Assembly (NCBI RefSeq): GCF_021028975.2
Contig: NC_059429.1
Location: forward strand, 38,564,001-38,628,000
Length of the DNA stretch: 64,000 bases
Direction: 5' to 3'
From: Sphaerodactylus townsendi
Lineage: Eukaryota
Below the pieces are notes generated by a model. The model was not told the origin of the DNA. It ran no database searches and saw only the letters and a list, made by a program, of their open reading frames with translations. Every line of letters begins with the position of its first letter. Positions within the stretch are counted from its first letter, which is position 1. Both the position numbers and the translations under genes were made by a program. This document shows positions 25,809-38,820 of this stretch, one piece after another.

Positions 25809-26548
25809 TGTAATTCCAAACCACTTTACAATGTTTCCTGAAGTAGTGTGCTAGATCTTTAAAGCAGTTTTGAAGGGCTACCTGATCCTGAGGAAAATTA
25901 CCAGTGTGGGATTCCAGGTTACATTTTAACAAATTAAAATTTTATTGATATATGTTATTTAGCATATATTTTTTGATATATGTTCATTTTTTGATATATG
26001 TTCATTTCATATATCAATTTTTTGATATATGTTCATTTCAACAAATAATTTACAACAAACAAAACAAGCTGAGGCAACAACTTCTGCTTAGGTGACTTTT
26101 ACTTTACATCAGTCCGCTCTCACTCCTTTATATCTCTGCGACCCTAGTAGGATTTGACTCCATTTTTAGTCTCTTAATGTTTCTTACTATTTCTTTGGCA
26201 ATCCTACACTTCATATAACACTATGGGTTTAGCATAGACAGTCTCTCTTTCAATTTAACACAGCCTCTTTCTCAGTTTTCAGCACAGACTACTGACTCTT
26301 TCCCAAGTTTTACAAACTCTGATTCTCTCTCCCAGTTTAGCTCAGACTGTGTCTCTCAGTCTCCAGCACATACAACTGTCTCCTTCCTAAGTTTTCACAC
26401 TGTCTGACTCTCAGTTCAGCACAGACTCTCCACAGTCACTGTCCAGTGTCAACCAATCACCTAATTCTCTCATTCACCTTTCATCCCCTTCCTTTTATAA
26501 CTTATCTCTCATTTTGAAGAAACACACGTGACATCTTAAATCATTACA
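25809..26548 (-). mobile_element. Probable solo LTR with internal degenerate repeats
   Basis: TGTAAT...ATTACA termini; minus-strand TATAAAA (~26495) and AATAAA (~25945); no clear TSD. Confidence 0.45.
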
Positions 26549-26689
26549 ATTTTATTTTTTTAAAGCAATGTATTTGGTACCATGCTGAGCTATATTTGTC
26601 TCTGTAGTCTGCTCTGTACTGTTCAACAGAGCGCTGAATAGCCATGCTATTAAATCTTAGTTTTTTTGTTATGTCTGTTTTTCTTCCAG

Positions 26690-27181
26690 CAATTTCCAGA
26701 TGAGATTGTGGGATTTGTTCCTAGAAAGCACATTCCCAGCTCTTCAGGAATATACAGCTATGGGAGCTTTGAACTTCTCAGCCCTGCTGTCGGCACTGGG
26801 GACCAATACTCCATGGTTCTAATAGGAGCAGCGTTCTTCAGCAGTGAATATCTAGAACTCTTTCAAAAACAGCCTGAAGCTGTGCATGCCATGATAGATG
26901 AAACTCAAAATTGTGATGATATCGCCATGAATTTCTTAGTGGCGAAACATACTGGGAAGCCTTCAGGCATGTTTGTGAAGCCAGTAGACATCAGGAATTT
27001 GGAAAAAGAAAGTAACAGTGGCTACTCCGGAATGTGGCATCGGGCAGAACACTTGCTCCAGAGATCTTACTGCCTAAATAAATTGGTTAGTATCTATGGC
27101 AACATGCCCTTAAAATACTCTAACATTATGATTTCTCAGTTTGGTTTTCCTAACTATGCTAATCACAAGAATAAAATGTAA
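26690..27181 (+). CDS. EXTL2: EXTL2 last coding exon
   Basis: tttttcttccAG|CAA; QFPDEIVGFVPRKH, YSMVLIGAAFF, ETQNCDDIAMNF, HLLQRSYCLNKLV, stop TAA. Total CDS 5+428+71+492 = 996 nt (331 aa). Confidence 0.97.
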   Translation, partial: QFPDEIVGFVPRKHIPSSSGIYSYGSFELLSPAVGTGDQYSMVLIGAAFFSSEYLELFQKQPEAVHAMIDETQNCDDIAMNFLVAKHTGKPSGMFVKPVDIRNLEKESNSGYSGMWHRAEHLLQRSYCLNKLVSIYGNMPLKYSNIMISQFGFPNYANHKNKM

Positions 27182-28335
27182 GGATGCTCTGGAAACAAAT
27201 GCTTTCACAAGCTTTTCAGGAGGTTAAATAGTAAGGTAAGAAGAGAAGTAGGTATGCAAGGGATCCAGAGATTATACAAGCTTGTTTCCTCAAAGGCTCT
27301 TTGAGACGTGATATCTGGGGGAAGCATTCTGTCTCTGTGCTCAGCATGCAAAAAGCTTCTTTAGTTAGCTTTGTCATTTGTTATTATTTCAGTTGCAAAT
27401 CACACTTGCACGAGGGCAGAATATCCCCAAAATGCAGATACCCTCATATGGCCAGCATCACTTAGAAGGCCACAGCAAAAGATGCATCTCCACCAAATTT
27501 TTAAAACTGGTCCACATCTATCTATTCTGGTCATCTGTGACCCAAAAAACAGAGAATCAAGTCAGGTAGCCCCATCCAAGAGGCCAGGCAGCCGGTCGCA
27601 GCGCCACCACTGCGCCATATCCATAGAGGCTTCCTGGTGGCTTGTGGAGGCTAGAAAGGTAAAAAGGCCTCTCTGTTGCTGAGAAGCCCCCATTGGGATT
27701 CATAGATTTATGTCACCTCTTTAGGTGCTATAAGTCTGAATTCGCAACCACCAGTTCAAGGCAGCTAGTTCCTTGGGGAAAGCCAACTAATGTTGGCTTC
27801 TTCCCTGGTGATGGCCCACCCCTCAACACCAGCAGCAGTGGAGAAACACAATGGCCACATGAGGGCATAGTTACCCCTCTGCTAGGTCAATGGGGAGGGC
27901 ACATCCACGCACCGCTCCCACAGACGCACCCCCCCCCCCCCCGCTTTGGATGGGGCTCTATGAGATTCCACGCTGGCTGCTTAGAAGCAACTGTGACTAC
28001 CACAGATGACCACCAAATGTCTGTCTGTGCATGACACTTCATTCTTGTACTATAAATTGTTCCAGTATCATCATTCCCTGCCCCAAATTAATATCACCTC
28101 TGGAAACGCGGAGTGAAATATTTTTCACTGTTCTGTTTAATGTTCATTTGGCAGTAAAACAATATAAAAAGAACTATCATTAAAATGGATTTAGGGCCAG
28201 CTGTTAATGTTCATGTACTTTGTCTATGTCTGGGGAAGGAAGTTGCTCTCCACTTCTTGTACTCCTTATTTTGACAAATAATGTGTCTATATTTTCAAAA
28301 TCATTTTGCTGTGTTTTTCAGGCCAAGGGACACAC

Positions 28336-28422
28336 AGTGCAATTCTAAACAGAGGTACATCCTTCTAATCCTATTTACTTCAATAGACTTAGAAGGGCAT
28401 GATGGCACCTAAGATTGCACTG
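28336..28422. repeat. Small palindromic MITE-like repeat (relatives at ~10418, 10705, 30240, 47398, 56175)
   Basis: CAGTGCAATT...GATTGCACTG termini with internal inverted symmetry. Confidence 0.55.
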
Positions 28423-30493
28423 CCACTGAATTATATGAGTTGCCTGATTCTCTAGAGTAACTGTAAAACAGCTCCAGGTCTGCATAACTTGTACTTGCCT
28501 TGAAGTTCTTCAGTCTACAATATTGTTATGTCTCCTTCTGCAGCCTGAGACCAGCACTTTCATTGGGGGAATTAGCTGCAGAGACAGAGTGAGGGGGATA
28601 GGTGGGATCAATAACCTGTGTATATCAGGATAATCCCGGGTGAAAACTTTTAAATAAACAGACAGCTATACAATTAACAAATTGCATTTTATTAATAATG
28701 ATTATTGAAAACAAATAATATATTTTAGGCAATGAGCACACACGTGCACAAAAAGCATACAAGGAATGACCAAGAGAAAAAGGGAAGAATTTGGATAGGG
28801 TTTCAGGGATGGGTGATGATTAGCAGTTTTGTAGGGCTCTCCAGTGAAAGCAGCGTTGAAGAGGAAAATGACCAGCATTTCCAGGAACTGAGGAAAGAGC
28901 CCACATGCAAGGGGGGATGCATGCACAGATCCAGAACATACACACATGCTATGAATGGCCGAAGGACCAATATTTATACACCAGAATGGGTCCTGAGGCA
29001 TTATGAGTTAAGCTGGCAGAAAAGCCAGAGACAAAGAATTGATTGCTCTTCCGGGGTTCCAACAATAAGACAGGAGAAGCTTGATGAATCTTCAAGGCCC
29101 AGGAGAATGCCTCTTGAATGCTGATTGATCATTGTGACGGGTGCAGATAAGGTAATTAATGGTCTGCTTGGTCTGATGAAATCACCCTAGTGACACAGTG
29201 GAGATTAGCTAGCCCCATTGTCCAGTCAGGCACACTTTAGGACCAGAGGAAAAGTTCAGCTGCAAACCACCTTCCTGCCTGGGCTTGGCACACAATTTGA
29301 ATCCCAACATCCACTGAGAGGCATCCATTTTTGTGCGGAGCAGTGTCTTGCCCTTACACCAGTCTTTGGTCTCTGTGCATAATGGCATTCTTTAGTGGGA
29401 GGAGGGGTCCAGTTGCTTACAGGACAAAAATGCAAATAGGCCTCCATCCTATTATAGATGGATTTTATTAAGCCAGACCCCTTGGGATTGTTGTTTGGAA
29501 ATTGTACGTCAAAACATGGAGAACTTCTCACAGTGGTATAGATACAGGTGCAATAAGAGGGGAAGCCATGGTTTAATGTAGCAACAACCCATGCTTTATC
29601 ATTACATGAATAAGGCAAGGAAATATTTGAGCTCATGCACTACACCCCCCGCCCCCCGGGCCACTAATGCATGGCTTAAAAATTAGATATACGTGGAATT
29701 CAAAATCACCAACTGGATTATTTTTACCATCACCCCCTTCTTCCCTCCAAACCAACATTTCAAACATGATTAATCCTGGCTTGAAATTCAGATTTGGAAG
29801 GAAGAAAGAAACAATAGTTTGTTGCTTGGACAAAACTTCAAACTGCAATTTGCTGTGAAACTAGAAATCTATCACTGTAGCTCTGTGTATCAAACAAGAA
29901 GAATGGAAGAGACAATGCGCCTAACCTGAAGATCCTTCCATGTGTGTTTCTTTAATGACAGACCATACTAATGTCCTTCATAGGACATTAGTAGGACTAG
30001 CTGTTTTTCTGTATATTCAGGGACTGCAGTCCTTCACTCAGTTACATGAACTTCTCTGAAGCCAAGATCTGGGATCCTGAGTCCATACAGTGTATGTTCC
30101 AGGTTTTCACAGCCTTGGCTCCTTTGCTTATTTTCTTCACACCAGGAGCCCTCCTCCAAAAACATGCAACTACATTTATATCTCTTCTAGGTTTAAGCCC
30201 AGTTTACTTTTCAGAGGAAACCTTTTGGATAAAGAAAGAAACAATCAACTATGCTGGGGTGGATCTTTTGATCTGACCAGCAAGATTAAGCATGCATAAC
30301 CGTATAGGATTGCAACCCACATCTTAAGTGTATCAGTTATACTGGTGACATGTTACAGTTTGTAACCCTGAAAGGCTGGCAATGTCTAGACCTGGCCTGC
30401 ATAAAATGCATCCTTAAAGCAGCAAGGGCACATCAGTCATGCAGGCGGCAAAAATAAGAACTCGTATCATGGCAAGTGATGTAAGATCTAGAT

Positions 30494-30583
30494 CAGGGGT
30501 CTGCAACCTGTGGCTCTCCAGATGTTCATGGACTACAATTCCCATCAGCCCCTGCCAGCATGGCCACAGGTTGCAGACCCCTG
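30494..30583. mobile_element. 90-bp hAT MITE
   Basis: Perfect 21-bp TIR CAGGGGTCTGCAACCTGTGGC; 8-bp TSD ATCTAGAT / ATCTAGAG. Confidence 0.92.
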
Positions 30584-31013
30584 ATCTAGAGGTCAATTGT
30601 GCTTTGCTTTTAGGCATCGCTAGTGTGCATTTGCCCAGAAGCCTGGAAATATCTGAAACTGGTGGCTGAGGGACTGCTGCTTTGAGGATCAAATGAAATT
30701 AATTTTAATATTTGGCTGTAGAATCTGAGCTCATAACCCTGTATGTTAATGTGCCATATTTCCTACTTCTGTTCTTTCAACTAAAAGCTTCCTTTTATGT
30801 ATGAATTTTGTATTTCTATTCCTATATTTTTTCAAGAAATAAGCCGGAAAGAAACTACTATGTCAAAAATATTTCTGTAGTACAATACAGCAGCAATTGC
30901 AGATGTGCTTGTGTAGGTCAATTGTATTTGATAACAATGTACATTTTTGTTCAAGTCCAGTATGTTTTGCTCTTTTATATTTTTGTTCTGTTTCTTAATC
31001 CTTATATACTGCT

Positions 31014-31019
31014 AATAAA
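31014..31019 (+). terminator. EXTL2: Candidate distal poly(A) signal of EXTL2
   Basis: AATAAA ending a ~300-bp T-rich, TGTA-rich tract, followed by GT-rich sequence. Confidence 0.45.
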
Positions 31020-31797
31020 GATGTGTAATGTTACCCTGAAATGTAGGAGTTGGGCAAATGAATTGTATGAGATGGAAAACCAATAAGCTTCCATGGTACT
31101 GTGGAGATTCAAACCTGGGTCTTTCAGATACTAATGTAACATTTTAACCACTACACCACACTAGCATTGGTTGGCACTGTTGTCCTATGACCTGAATAGA
31201 GAAGAGAATGCTTCTCATTGTGTATAGAATGTGTTTCTCTCAACACAGCACAAATCAGTGTGGTGAAGTTACTAAACTGTTAGCCTTGAATGCGGGAACG
31301 CAGATTCAGATCTCTTCTTAGCTACTCACTGGGTTGAAGTCTATATTTTGGTGTGACTTACTATACCAAGTTGTTCTGAAGCTGAAGCATTGCTTTCAGC
31401 TGTGCAGAAGAACAGCAAGATATAAATTCAACCAGTAAATAATAACTACAGCTAGTCCCTGTTTACCAGAAATTAAGGAGCAGAGCTTGTTTGTCATATA
31501 TTAGAACGTCTTTACAAGCCTGAGCCTCAATACCAACCTTTTTACAAATTAAATGCTGCATAGCGGATTAAACTGCCGAGACTCAGCCTACTTTCAGCTT
31601 AGAGAATGCATTGGTGTGGATGGGAGGAGAATCCTAGATAGCCTCTTTCATCCCAGGGAAATGTTTTCCTGTGTAATCCTGTTGACCTATATTTAAATAT
31701 GAAAATAGTAATCGGGGTAGAATTTCTTAAGGACCAACAAACAGCTGGCACCAATTTCTATTGCAGGGGTACGCAACCCCTGGTTGGGCTCGGAGTA

Positions 31798-31980
31798 GCC
31801 TGATCTTGTCAAATCTCAGAAGCTAAGAGTTAGCAATAGTTAGAATTTAAATGAGAGACAACGGAGGAAGTCCACAGTTGCCATGTGGAGATAGGCAATG
31901 GCAAACCTCTGTTTGTCTCTTGAAAACTCTATGGGAGTCACTATAAGTCCACTGTGACTGGATTGCATTTTACACACACT
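31798..31980 (+). mobile_element. 5S rRNA-headed SINE (5S-Sauria-like)
   Basis: GCCTGATCTTGTCAAATCTCAGAAGCTAAG is a diverged 5S head; GGCAATGGCAAACC body. Confidence 0.7.
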
Positions 31981-34900
31981 ACATATGCTGACAACAACAT
32001 ACCAGGCCATTTTGGCCAAACAACCAAGGTTCTGGTGGCATTTCTGGGGCCAGTAGTGAAGAAGCCCATCATTTTCCCCAGACCTACACAGCTGCCAGCC
32101 AAGTCTGAGGCAAATCCCTGAGATGCTAGGAGGTCTACTGGGGCTTGGCTTGTTCCAAGTACTTCTGATCAAGTACAGCCCTCATATCTCTCTCCCCTTG
32201 CCACAATTTTGTTTGCCAGCATACATTCAGGTGTTGCATTTTTCCCTTTGTGCTTGTGTCAAAAAGGACACCTACCCTGCTGAAGTGAAGAAAAGTATTT
32301 TTCAATCCAATGTTGCTTGCTATGACTACGACTGCATGAACCCTCTCCATTGACCAGCAGGTGTCACTCTTAAGGAGCCTTAGAAACCACTAAGGGAGTA
32401 TATGGTGTGTCTGTATTTATACATATTGAACTAGCAAAATAGATATCGCAATGATCACGTCAAGCATTGGCTACCACTTATACCATGGATTTAGTGCACA
32501 GAAGTGACAGAGAGCATCTGAATAAAGAGAAACTGTAGGAAACTTTTGAAAGATAAGGTCTAGTAAATGGGAAAACACACACCAAAAAAGTGTCTATGCA
32601 CACAGAATATGGCCATACATAACTGATTTTGTACCTCCTAGCCAGAATGCTGATCAATTAACTTATGAATGCCAACTGTTGCTTTTAAAAGTCTTTTGTG
32701 GTGGAATGGCTATATAACTGAACCATGAGAGAGTCAGATTCAAAGAAGACCAATCAGATGCAACCCAAGCAATGAGGCGGTACATGATTGGCTGCCCTTG
32801 GGCTGGGAGTTGACCTGCAGAATACGATAATCCCCTTCAACAGTAACTCTCATCAAGGACACAGATATCTTACAAAGCTGTAAAAAGGTGAGGTGTTCCA
32901 ATTTTTGAAAACTTTAAAAAAATTATTTCCCTGTCAACATTACATACATTCTAACTTAAGAACAACACCCAGAGTTTCAGAGCCCCTCTGTGTAAAAAGA
33001 TCAATCTCTTCCAGCATTTGTTTGTGCTGGACTAACAGCTTCGGCTGTTACTAGAACCATTATTTCCCCAGAGGAAAATAAAAGTAAATCCTATCACAGC
33101 GGAACCAGATATGAATACTTTGACCTGTGTGAGAAGCTACAAAGGAAGGAAGCAGGAAGAGATTTATTCACAAGGGCAGACTTTTTGTTAAGCATTTAAA
33201 ATATTGTCAAGCGCCTGGAGAAAAATGTCATAGCCATTTAATAGAGAATTAATTCAAAGTTATTTATCTCAACATCAGGAAAAGCTTCACTTGCCCATTT
33301 CCACACATAATGCTTCTCTGACAGGGCAACACATTTTTCTCCAAGCAGCTGGCAATCCTAATTGTGGACAATTACTATATCTTGACCATTAATTATCTTA
33401 GACATGCATCTCCATTTTTACATACTTTTTGGAAGATCAAAGTAACATTTCGCCTCTGTTCTGAGACTCCTTACATTGTATTCTCACTTACACATAAACA
33501 GAGTACAGTTCTTCTTTAGCTATAGTTCATTAAATAGATCTAGCCACAAAAGCTTAATGTCCCCATTTGTGCTTTCAGCTAATAACTTCCACAAAGAACA
33601 CAAATTTCTCACTCTCCATAGCACCTCACCCAATCTCTTCATCCTTTTCTTCTGACACACTTAAACCTCCCTTCAAACCAGTAAGCTCTGCTCACTAAGT
33701 GGGGGTTAGAGGGGCAGTGCCCCAAGCAGCAGGCAAAGGCGGTGGCAGCAGCAGCAGCAACAGGAGGTATGGGAGGCAGAATTGTACAGAAGAGATGGCT
33801 CAGTCTGTAGCATGCACACCTCATTACCCTGATTAGGCTAAGAAGAGGGGAGAGTGAATTGGCGCCTGGGGCAAGTTCTGAAATTGCACCCTCCCCCAAA
33901 ACTGTGGGCTCATGGAGGGACGGAGGAAAGGGTGCCCTCAACTCCTTGCTTACCTCTCTGGCAGGTGAGTGGGTGGGCAGTGAGTGATGGACAGGCCGCG
34001 CAAGTGGCAGACTTGGCGGGTGACAAGCAGCGGGCTGGGTGAGCAGGCAGGGTGAGTGGTGGACAGGACAGGAGAGCAGCAGATGGGCTGGGCAAGTGGG
34101 TGAGCGGTGGGCAGGCTCAGCAAGTGGGCGGAGGCTGGTGGGTGTGTGGGAAGAAGCGGATGATTGCACCCCACCTCCACGTGACCCTCACAAGTGGCAC
34201 CTGGGGCATCAGCCCCTTCTGTTCCCTGTTAGGTACACCACTGTTTTTGCTCTCCCCTTTCCAGGACTACACATTGAACTGGTAGCCTTTGGGCATGCAA
34301 GACTTTGGCCGGGGGGTTTAGGATGTATTCTTAACACTCACAGGGAAAGAAGAGTTTTGGGGGCTGGTGACAATTAACAGTTAAAATGTTTGATGAGCCC
34401 CTCTTTTCCACCACTCTGCCTTATGTTGTTCTGTCAGCCCTTGAGCACTGAAAACCCTGAAGCAGTCTGGAGCATCCCCCCCCCCCCCGCCACATCACTT
34501 TAAAACTGGGAACTGTGTTATGCTTGGCTTTACCAAAGGCCAAAGTAGACCTGCCCCTTCATTTGACAGGTTTGGCCTTCCTCACAGAGCCTGATTTTAC
34601 ACCTTGGGAAAGGAGGAAGGAATAAGAATGGAGAACTTTGTGTGCCATCAAGTTGCTGCTGATATTAATCAATGACTTCCAAAGCATCCTCCCATTAACA
34701 GCCTTGCTCAGGTCATACAGACTGAGGGCCATGGCTTCCTTTGAGTCTATCCACTTCCTGGTGGTCTTCTTCTTTCCCACATTTCCTAGGATTATTGTCT
34801 TTTTCCAGTGACTAAAGTACAGTAACTTTATTTTAGTCATGTTAGCTTCTAGCTGCATGAATGACCAGATCAAGCTTTTTATTGGACTGTACATTATCAG

Positions 34901-36192
34901 GCTGCAAAAGAGCAAAAGGTGCATTTGGCATTTCCCATGTCAAAATTATGTGTACTGTATTTTTAAAAAAATGTCTGGGAAAAGGCTAGGCTGGAAAACT
35001 TTTTCCTTCAGTTGGGTTTTTCATGTGCAGGGGCACTGAGGGACTATTCAAACACTAGACAGATAAAATAATATAAAAGTGTAATTATTCATTAACAGTT
35101 CATAGAGGTCAACATTATGCTATAATTTAAAAGAGTTGTGGATAATATACAATGATTATATGCGCATATATAAAGAAAAATATGTATATCATACAAGGGG
35201 GCATCATTTTGTACTTTTGACCCCTTCAAAATTATAGACCCCTTCAAAATTCTGCCCCTGCTGCATTCTAAATTACAGCAAAATACATATAAAAACCATA
35301 CAGAAATCAAATACACATAATATTTACATGGCAAAATATCATACTCCGAAAACTGTATGATAGTGCCATTATTAAAGCAGGCTATGTTTTTTTTTCTAGC
35401 CAGCAGGAAATCCTATATTTTGATCACTCTGAAGCCACAATGACTGTATGATCAAAAAATATGTTGTGATCTCAGGACTAACCCTGATGCATGAAACCTC
35501 ATTCTGGAAGCCAAAGACTGTAATCCTGCATGAGGTTACATGGTAATAAGCTCCACTGAACTTGAAGGGATTTCTGAAAAAATATGATTGAACTCATGAT
35601 CACTCAATGTGGGTTAATTGCATCTTAACATCCTTTATCCACACTGGCATTCTGAATGAGAGCAGTTTTGTTTTGCAATCTGCCAATGGATGTTTATTAA
35701 TAGAAAAAAGATGCTAATTCACATTTAATAAATGGGTTAGTGGTCAGTGTTAATGAATTAAAATACAGTATAAGGCTATGAATCATCTATGGCAAAAAAA
35801 ACCCCACTAAAAACACTGGAAATGAAAAGTATTAAACCAAAAGGATTAGTGTTCCAAACTCTTTCATTTTAAGGGGTTTATGTGAAGGGTTTGTATATGC
35901 AAATTTCAATATTCTTGAATATCTTCTGGTACCTAGCCAATTGCCAGTCCAAACAAGGCACATATTGAAAGCTGCCTTGACTCCCATAAGGTAGAAAATA
36001 AGCTAATAAATGTTTAAAATTAAATAATAATAAAATGTCTTCACCCATGTGTAGTTGTTAACACATGAATACTTTTCCAGGGCTTGTCACATTCTGAGCC
36101 TCTGTAGGTGCCACTGTTGTGAAATGAGGCCAGACCTCAATCTGTTCTGCCTGCCTGGGCTGTACTACAGCTCTGTAATCCAATGGCTTTTG

Positions 36193-36680
36193 TGGCAGTA
36201 GACCTGAACTCCTGAGGATGAGTCTACACTCCATCAAATGGCAGTAGACCTGAACTCCTGAGGATGAGTCTGCACTCCATCAAGATCCATGGGAGTAAAC
36301 CTGCCTGCTGGAGGCCAGGTCTTCCCATATGGATTAACTAGGTTGGATGAGGGTAGACCTGGATGACAGAGAACTAGTCCACCTTCACTAGAATGTATGC
36401 AGGTAGGACTGACTGCAGAGCCTAGGTCTACCATCCGCTGGAATCAATAAGACTAGACCTGATTTCTGGAGAGCTGGTTTATCCTCCATCAGAATCTATG
36501 GGAGTTTATTTGGCCTACAAAGAACAAGGCCATGCTCGTCATCAGCATGCATGCACGAACACAGACCTAGAAGTCAGAGAAGTAGTCTATCTTCCACCAG
36601 GATCCATGGGAGTTGGTCTGGCCACTGAATAACTGGTTCACCTGCCTTAGAAATCAATGAGAGGAGACCTGGCCTCTGGG
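36193..36680. repeat. Degenerate ~47-52-bp tandem array
   Basis: Two near-identical 47-bp units (GGCAGTAGACCTGAACTCCTGAGGATGAGTCT..) then diverged units with GATCCATGGGAG and TAGACCTG. Confidence 0.7.
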
Positions 36681-38109
36681 GATATTTCCTGCTGCAGCTA
36701 GAACTCCTCTCACCTGAGAAAGCCTCTCTCCATACCCTCTCGGACAAGAGCACTCTCCTCAGCCCTTCCTGCAACCACCAGGATTTTCTCCACCACCCCT
36801 TTTCTTCCACAGCTTAATTGTACACTTCCTGCACTTTCTACCACAATTTAATTCTCAAACCATCTGCCTCCTCCCCATGCTTATTGCTCCACCTCATCCC
36901 ACCCTCCTTCACCAGCTTAATTCTCCACAACCCTTTCCTCCCGGGGATTTAATTCTCTTGCCTTGCTGCCATAAGAACCCTGGTCCTGGGGCAAGAGGCC
37001 CAGTGCTTTTAAGGGCCCGACTCTTCCTTCTGGCATGAACTATACCTGTGCCCTCCAACAGCTTCTGTGGCAGTACATATGACCAACAATGAACCATTCT
37101 GCCCTCCTTCAGGATGCATGGGAGTCACTGGCGTAATGCCCATTGGGCAAGGTGGGCAGCTGCCCAGGGCATCACCTTGTGGGGGGAATCAAAATGCTGG
37201 GTTCGTTTTGGGGTATTTTAGTGGTTTTCCATTTTTGGCCTGCAGGGGGCGCAGTTTTTAGGCTAGCGGCACCAAAATTTCAGCGTATCATCAAAACTGT
37301 AGCCCCCATCTCCTATTAGCTACCGGTGGAAACAATGGGGGATGGGGCACCCCCTTTGGGAGTCCATAACTTTGGACTCCCTGAACCAAATCTCACCAAA
37401 CTTGGGGGGTGCTTAATTCTCCACCACCTCTTTTTCCATTGTTTCTTAAATGGGCTGTTGGCAATCTTAAGGGCACCCAATCTTAAGGGTACAGGTGTAG
37501 CTATCACCTTAGGTTATTGGAAATGTGTCATCAGCTAGCTGAGAACCCTGGACTACATATTTGTCCAATTCCTATGACAATCTGAAACAATTCTCGCCTC
37601 TTTTTACATGCATAGATGTACGAGAGTTGATCCTCTGGCATTGCAAGGCTTCTTGATTGCAATTTCTTGCTTAATGTCCTGTTTTCCAGTCTTGTTGTGC
37701 GACCAAATGTAGCAAATGAAAGTTGTGTTTTACATTATATTGGATTGGGATATGTTGCTTCAGTTTTCATAAAGGTACAAGGGGACTGGTGAAGACTCAC
37801 CAGAGACTCTCCCATTTATTCCCCCCCCCTCCCGTGCCCACGCCTGAAAAGCACATGCCAAAGTCCTCTTTTGGTCAATTGCTCCTTTTTTAAAAAAAAT
37901 CATCTCTCCCCCCCTTGAATTTCTAGTGAAATTTGCTCCTGCAAGAGATATTGCAGGTTAGAGAGCACAGTGGTTAAAACCCATTTTTGCAAACCCAGGG
38001 GTTTCCCCAGGTTTGTAGAAACATATACCCATGTCCTGGGTACCCCCAGTAGATTTTTTTGACCAGTACCTAGGAGTATGCAATATATGATTAACGCCTT
38101 GACGTTGCT

Positions 38110-38285
38110 AGCCTGGTTTTGTCACATCTTGAAAGCTAAGCAGAGTTGGCTCTGGTTAGTATTCGCATAGAAGATCACCAAGGAATACCAGGGTTGGTCA
38201 GAGGCAGGCAATGACAAACCACATCTGAACCTCAATTGCCTTGAAAACCCTACTGGGTCAGTATACATCAGCTGCAGCTTGTTGG
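38110..38285 (+). mobile_element. 5S rRNA-headed SINE
   Basis: AAGCTAAGCAGAGTTGGCTCTGGTTAGTATT..GGAATACCAGGG. Confidence 0.7.
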
Positions 38286-38410
38286 TCAAAATAAAAGACA
38301 AATACATAGAAATATGGTTTGTTGCCATTTAACTTAGGAAGTATGTAGTAGTGAACCTCTTGAATGGAGCAACATATTTTCAATTAAGCAAATAATGTGA
38401 TTACATAAAT

Positions 38411-38572
38411 CAGTGGTTCCCAATCTCAAGTATGCATACCCCCAGGGCTATGCGCCAGAGCATTTGGAAGTACGCAAAAAATTACATAATGGGTTTGCTA
38501 ATATGGGGGTACAATTTTAGGAAAAAGGATTGCCAAGGGATGTGCAAGTGAAAAAAAGATTGGGAACCACTG
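38411..38572. mobile_element. hAT MITE
   Basis: TIR CAGTGGTTCCCAATCT / AGATTGGGAACCACTG; degenerate 8-bp TSD. Confidence 0.8.
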
Positions 38573-38604
38573 ATATAATAAATTTAGTCTTATGAATCAA
38601 TGTA

Positions 38605-38820
38605 GCCCTGACCTGGATAGCCTAGGATAGCCTGTTCTTGTCACATCTCAGAAGCTAAACAGGGTTGACCCTGCCAAGTATTTGGATGGGCGACCTCCAA
38701 GGAATACCAGGGTCATGACACAGAGGCAGGCAATGGCAAACCACCTCCAAATGTCTTTTGTCTGGAAAACTCTAGGGGGTTATCAAAAATCAGCTGTGAC
38801 CTGATGGCACTTTCCACCAA
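38605..38820 (+). mobile_element. 5S rRNA-headed SINE
   Basis: TCTCAGAAGCTAAACAGGGTTGACCCTG..AGTATTTGGATGGGCGACCTCCAAGGAATACCAGGG follows the 5S rRNA internal control region; non-5S tail. Confidence 0.78.

Noticed and set aside
32640-32890. Exon-like or promoter-like stretch with inverted CCAAT boxes and a donor at ~32888
   Set aside because: Stops in all frames, no CpG island and no supporting homology
36193-36290. CRISPR array or hammerhead (CTGAGGATGAG)
   Set aside because: Eukaryotic context, no unique spacers and no correctly placed GAAA box
38625-38715. 5S rRNA gene
   Set aside because: Too diverged and fused to a SINE tail
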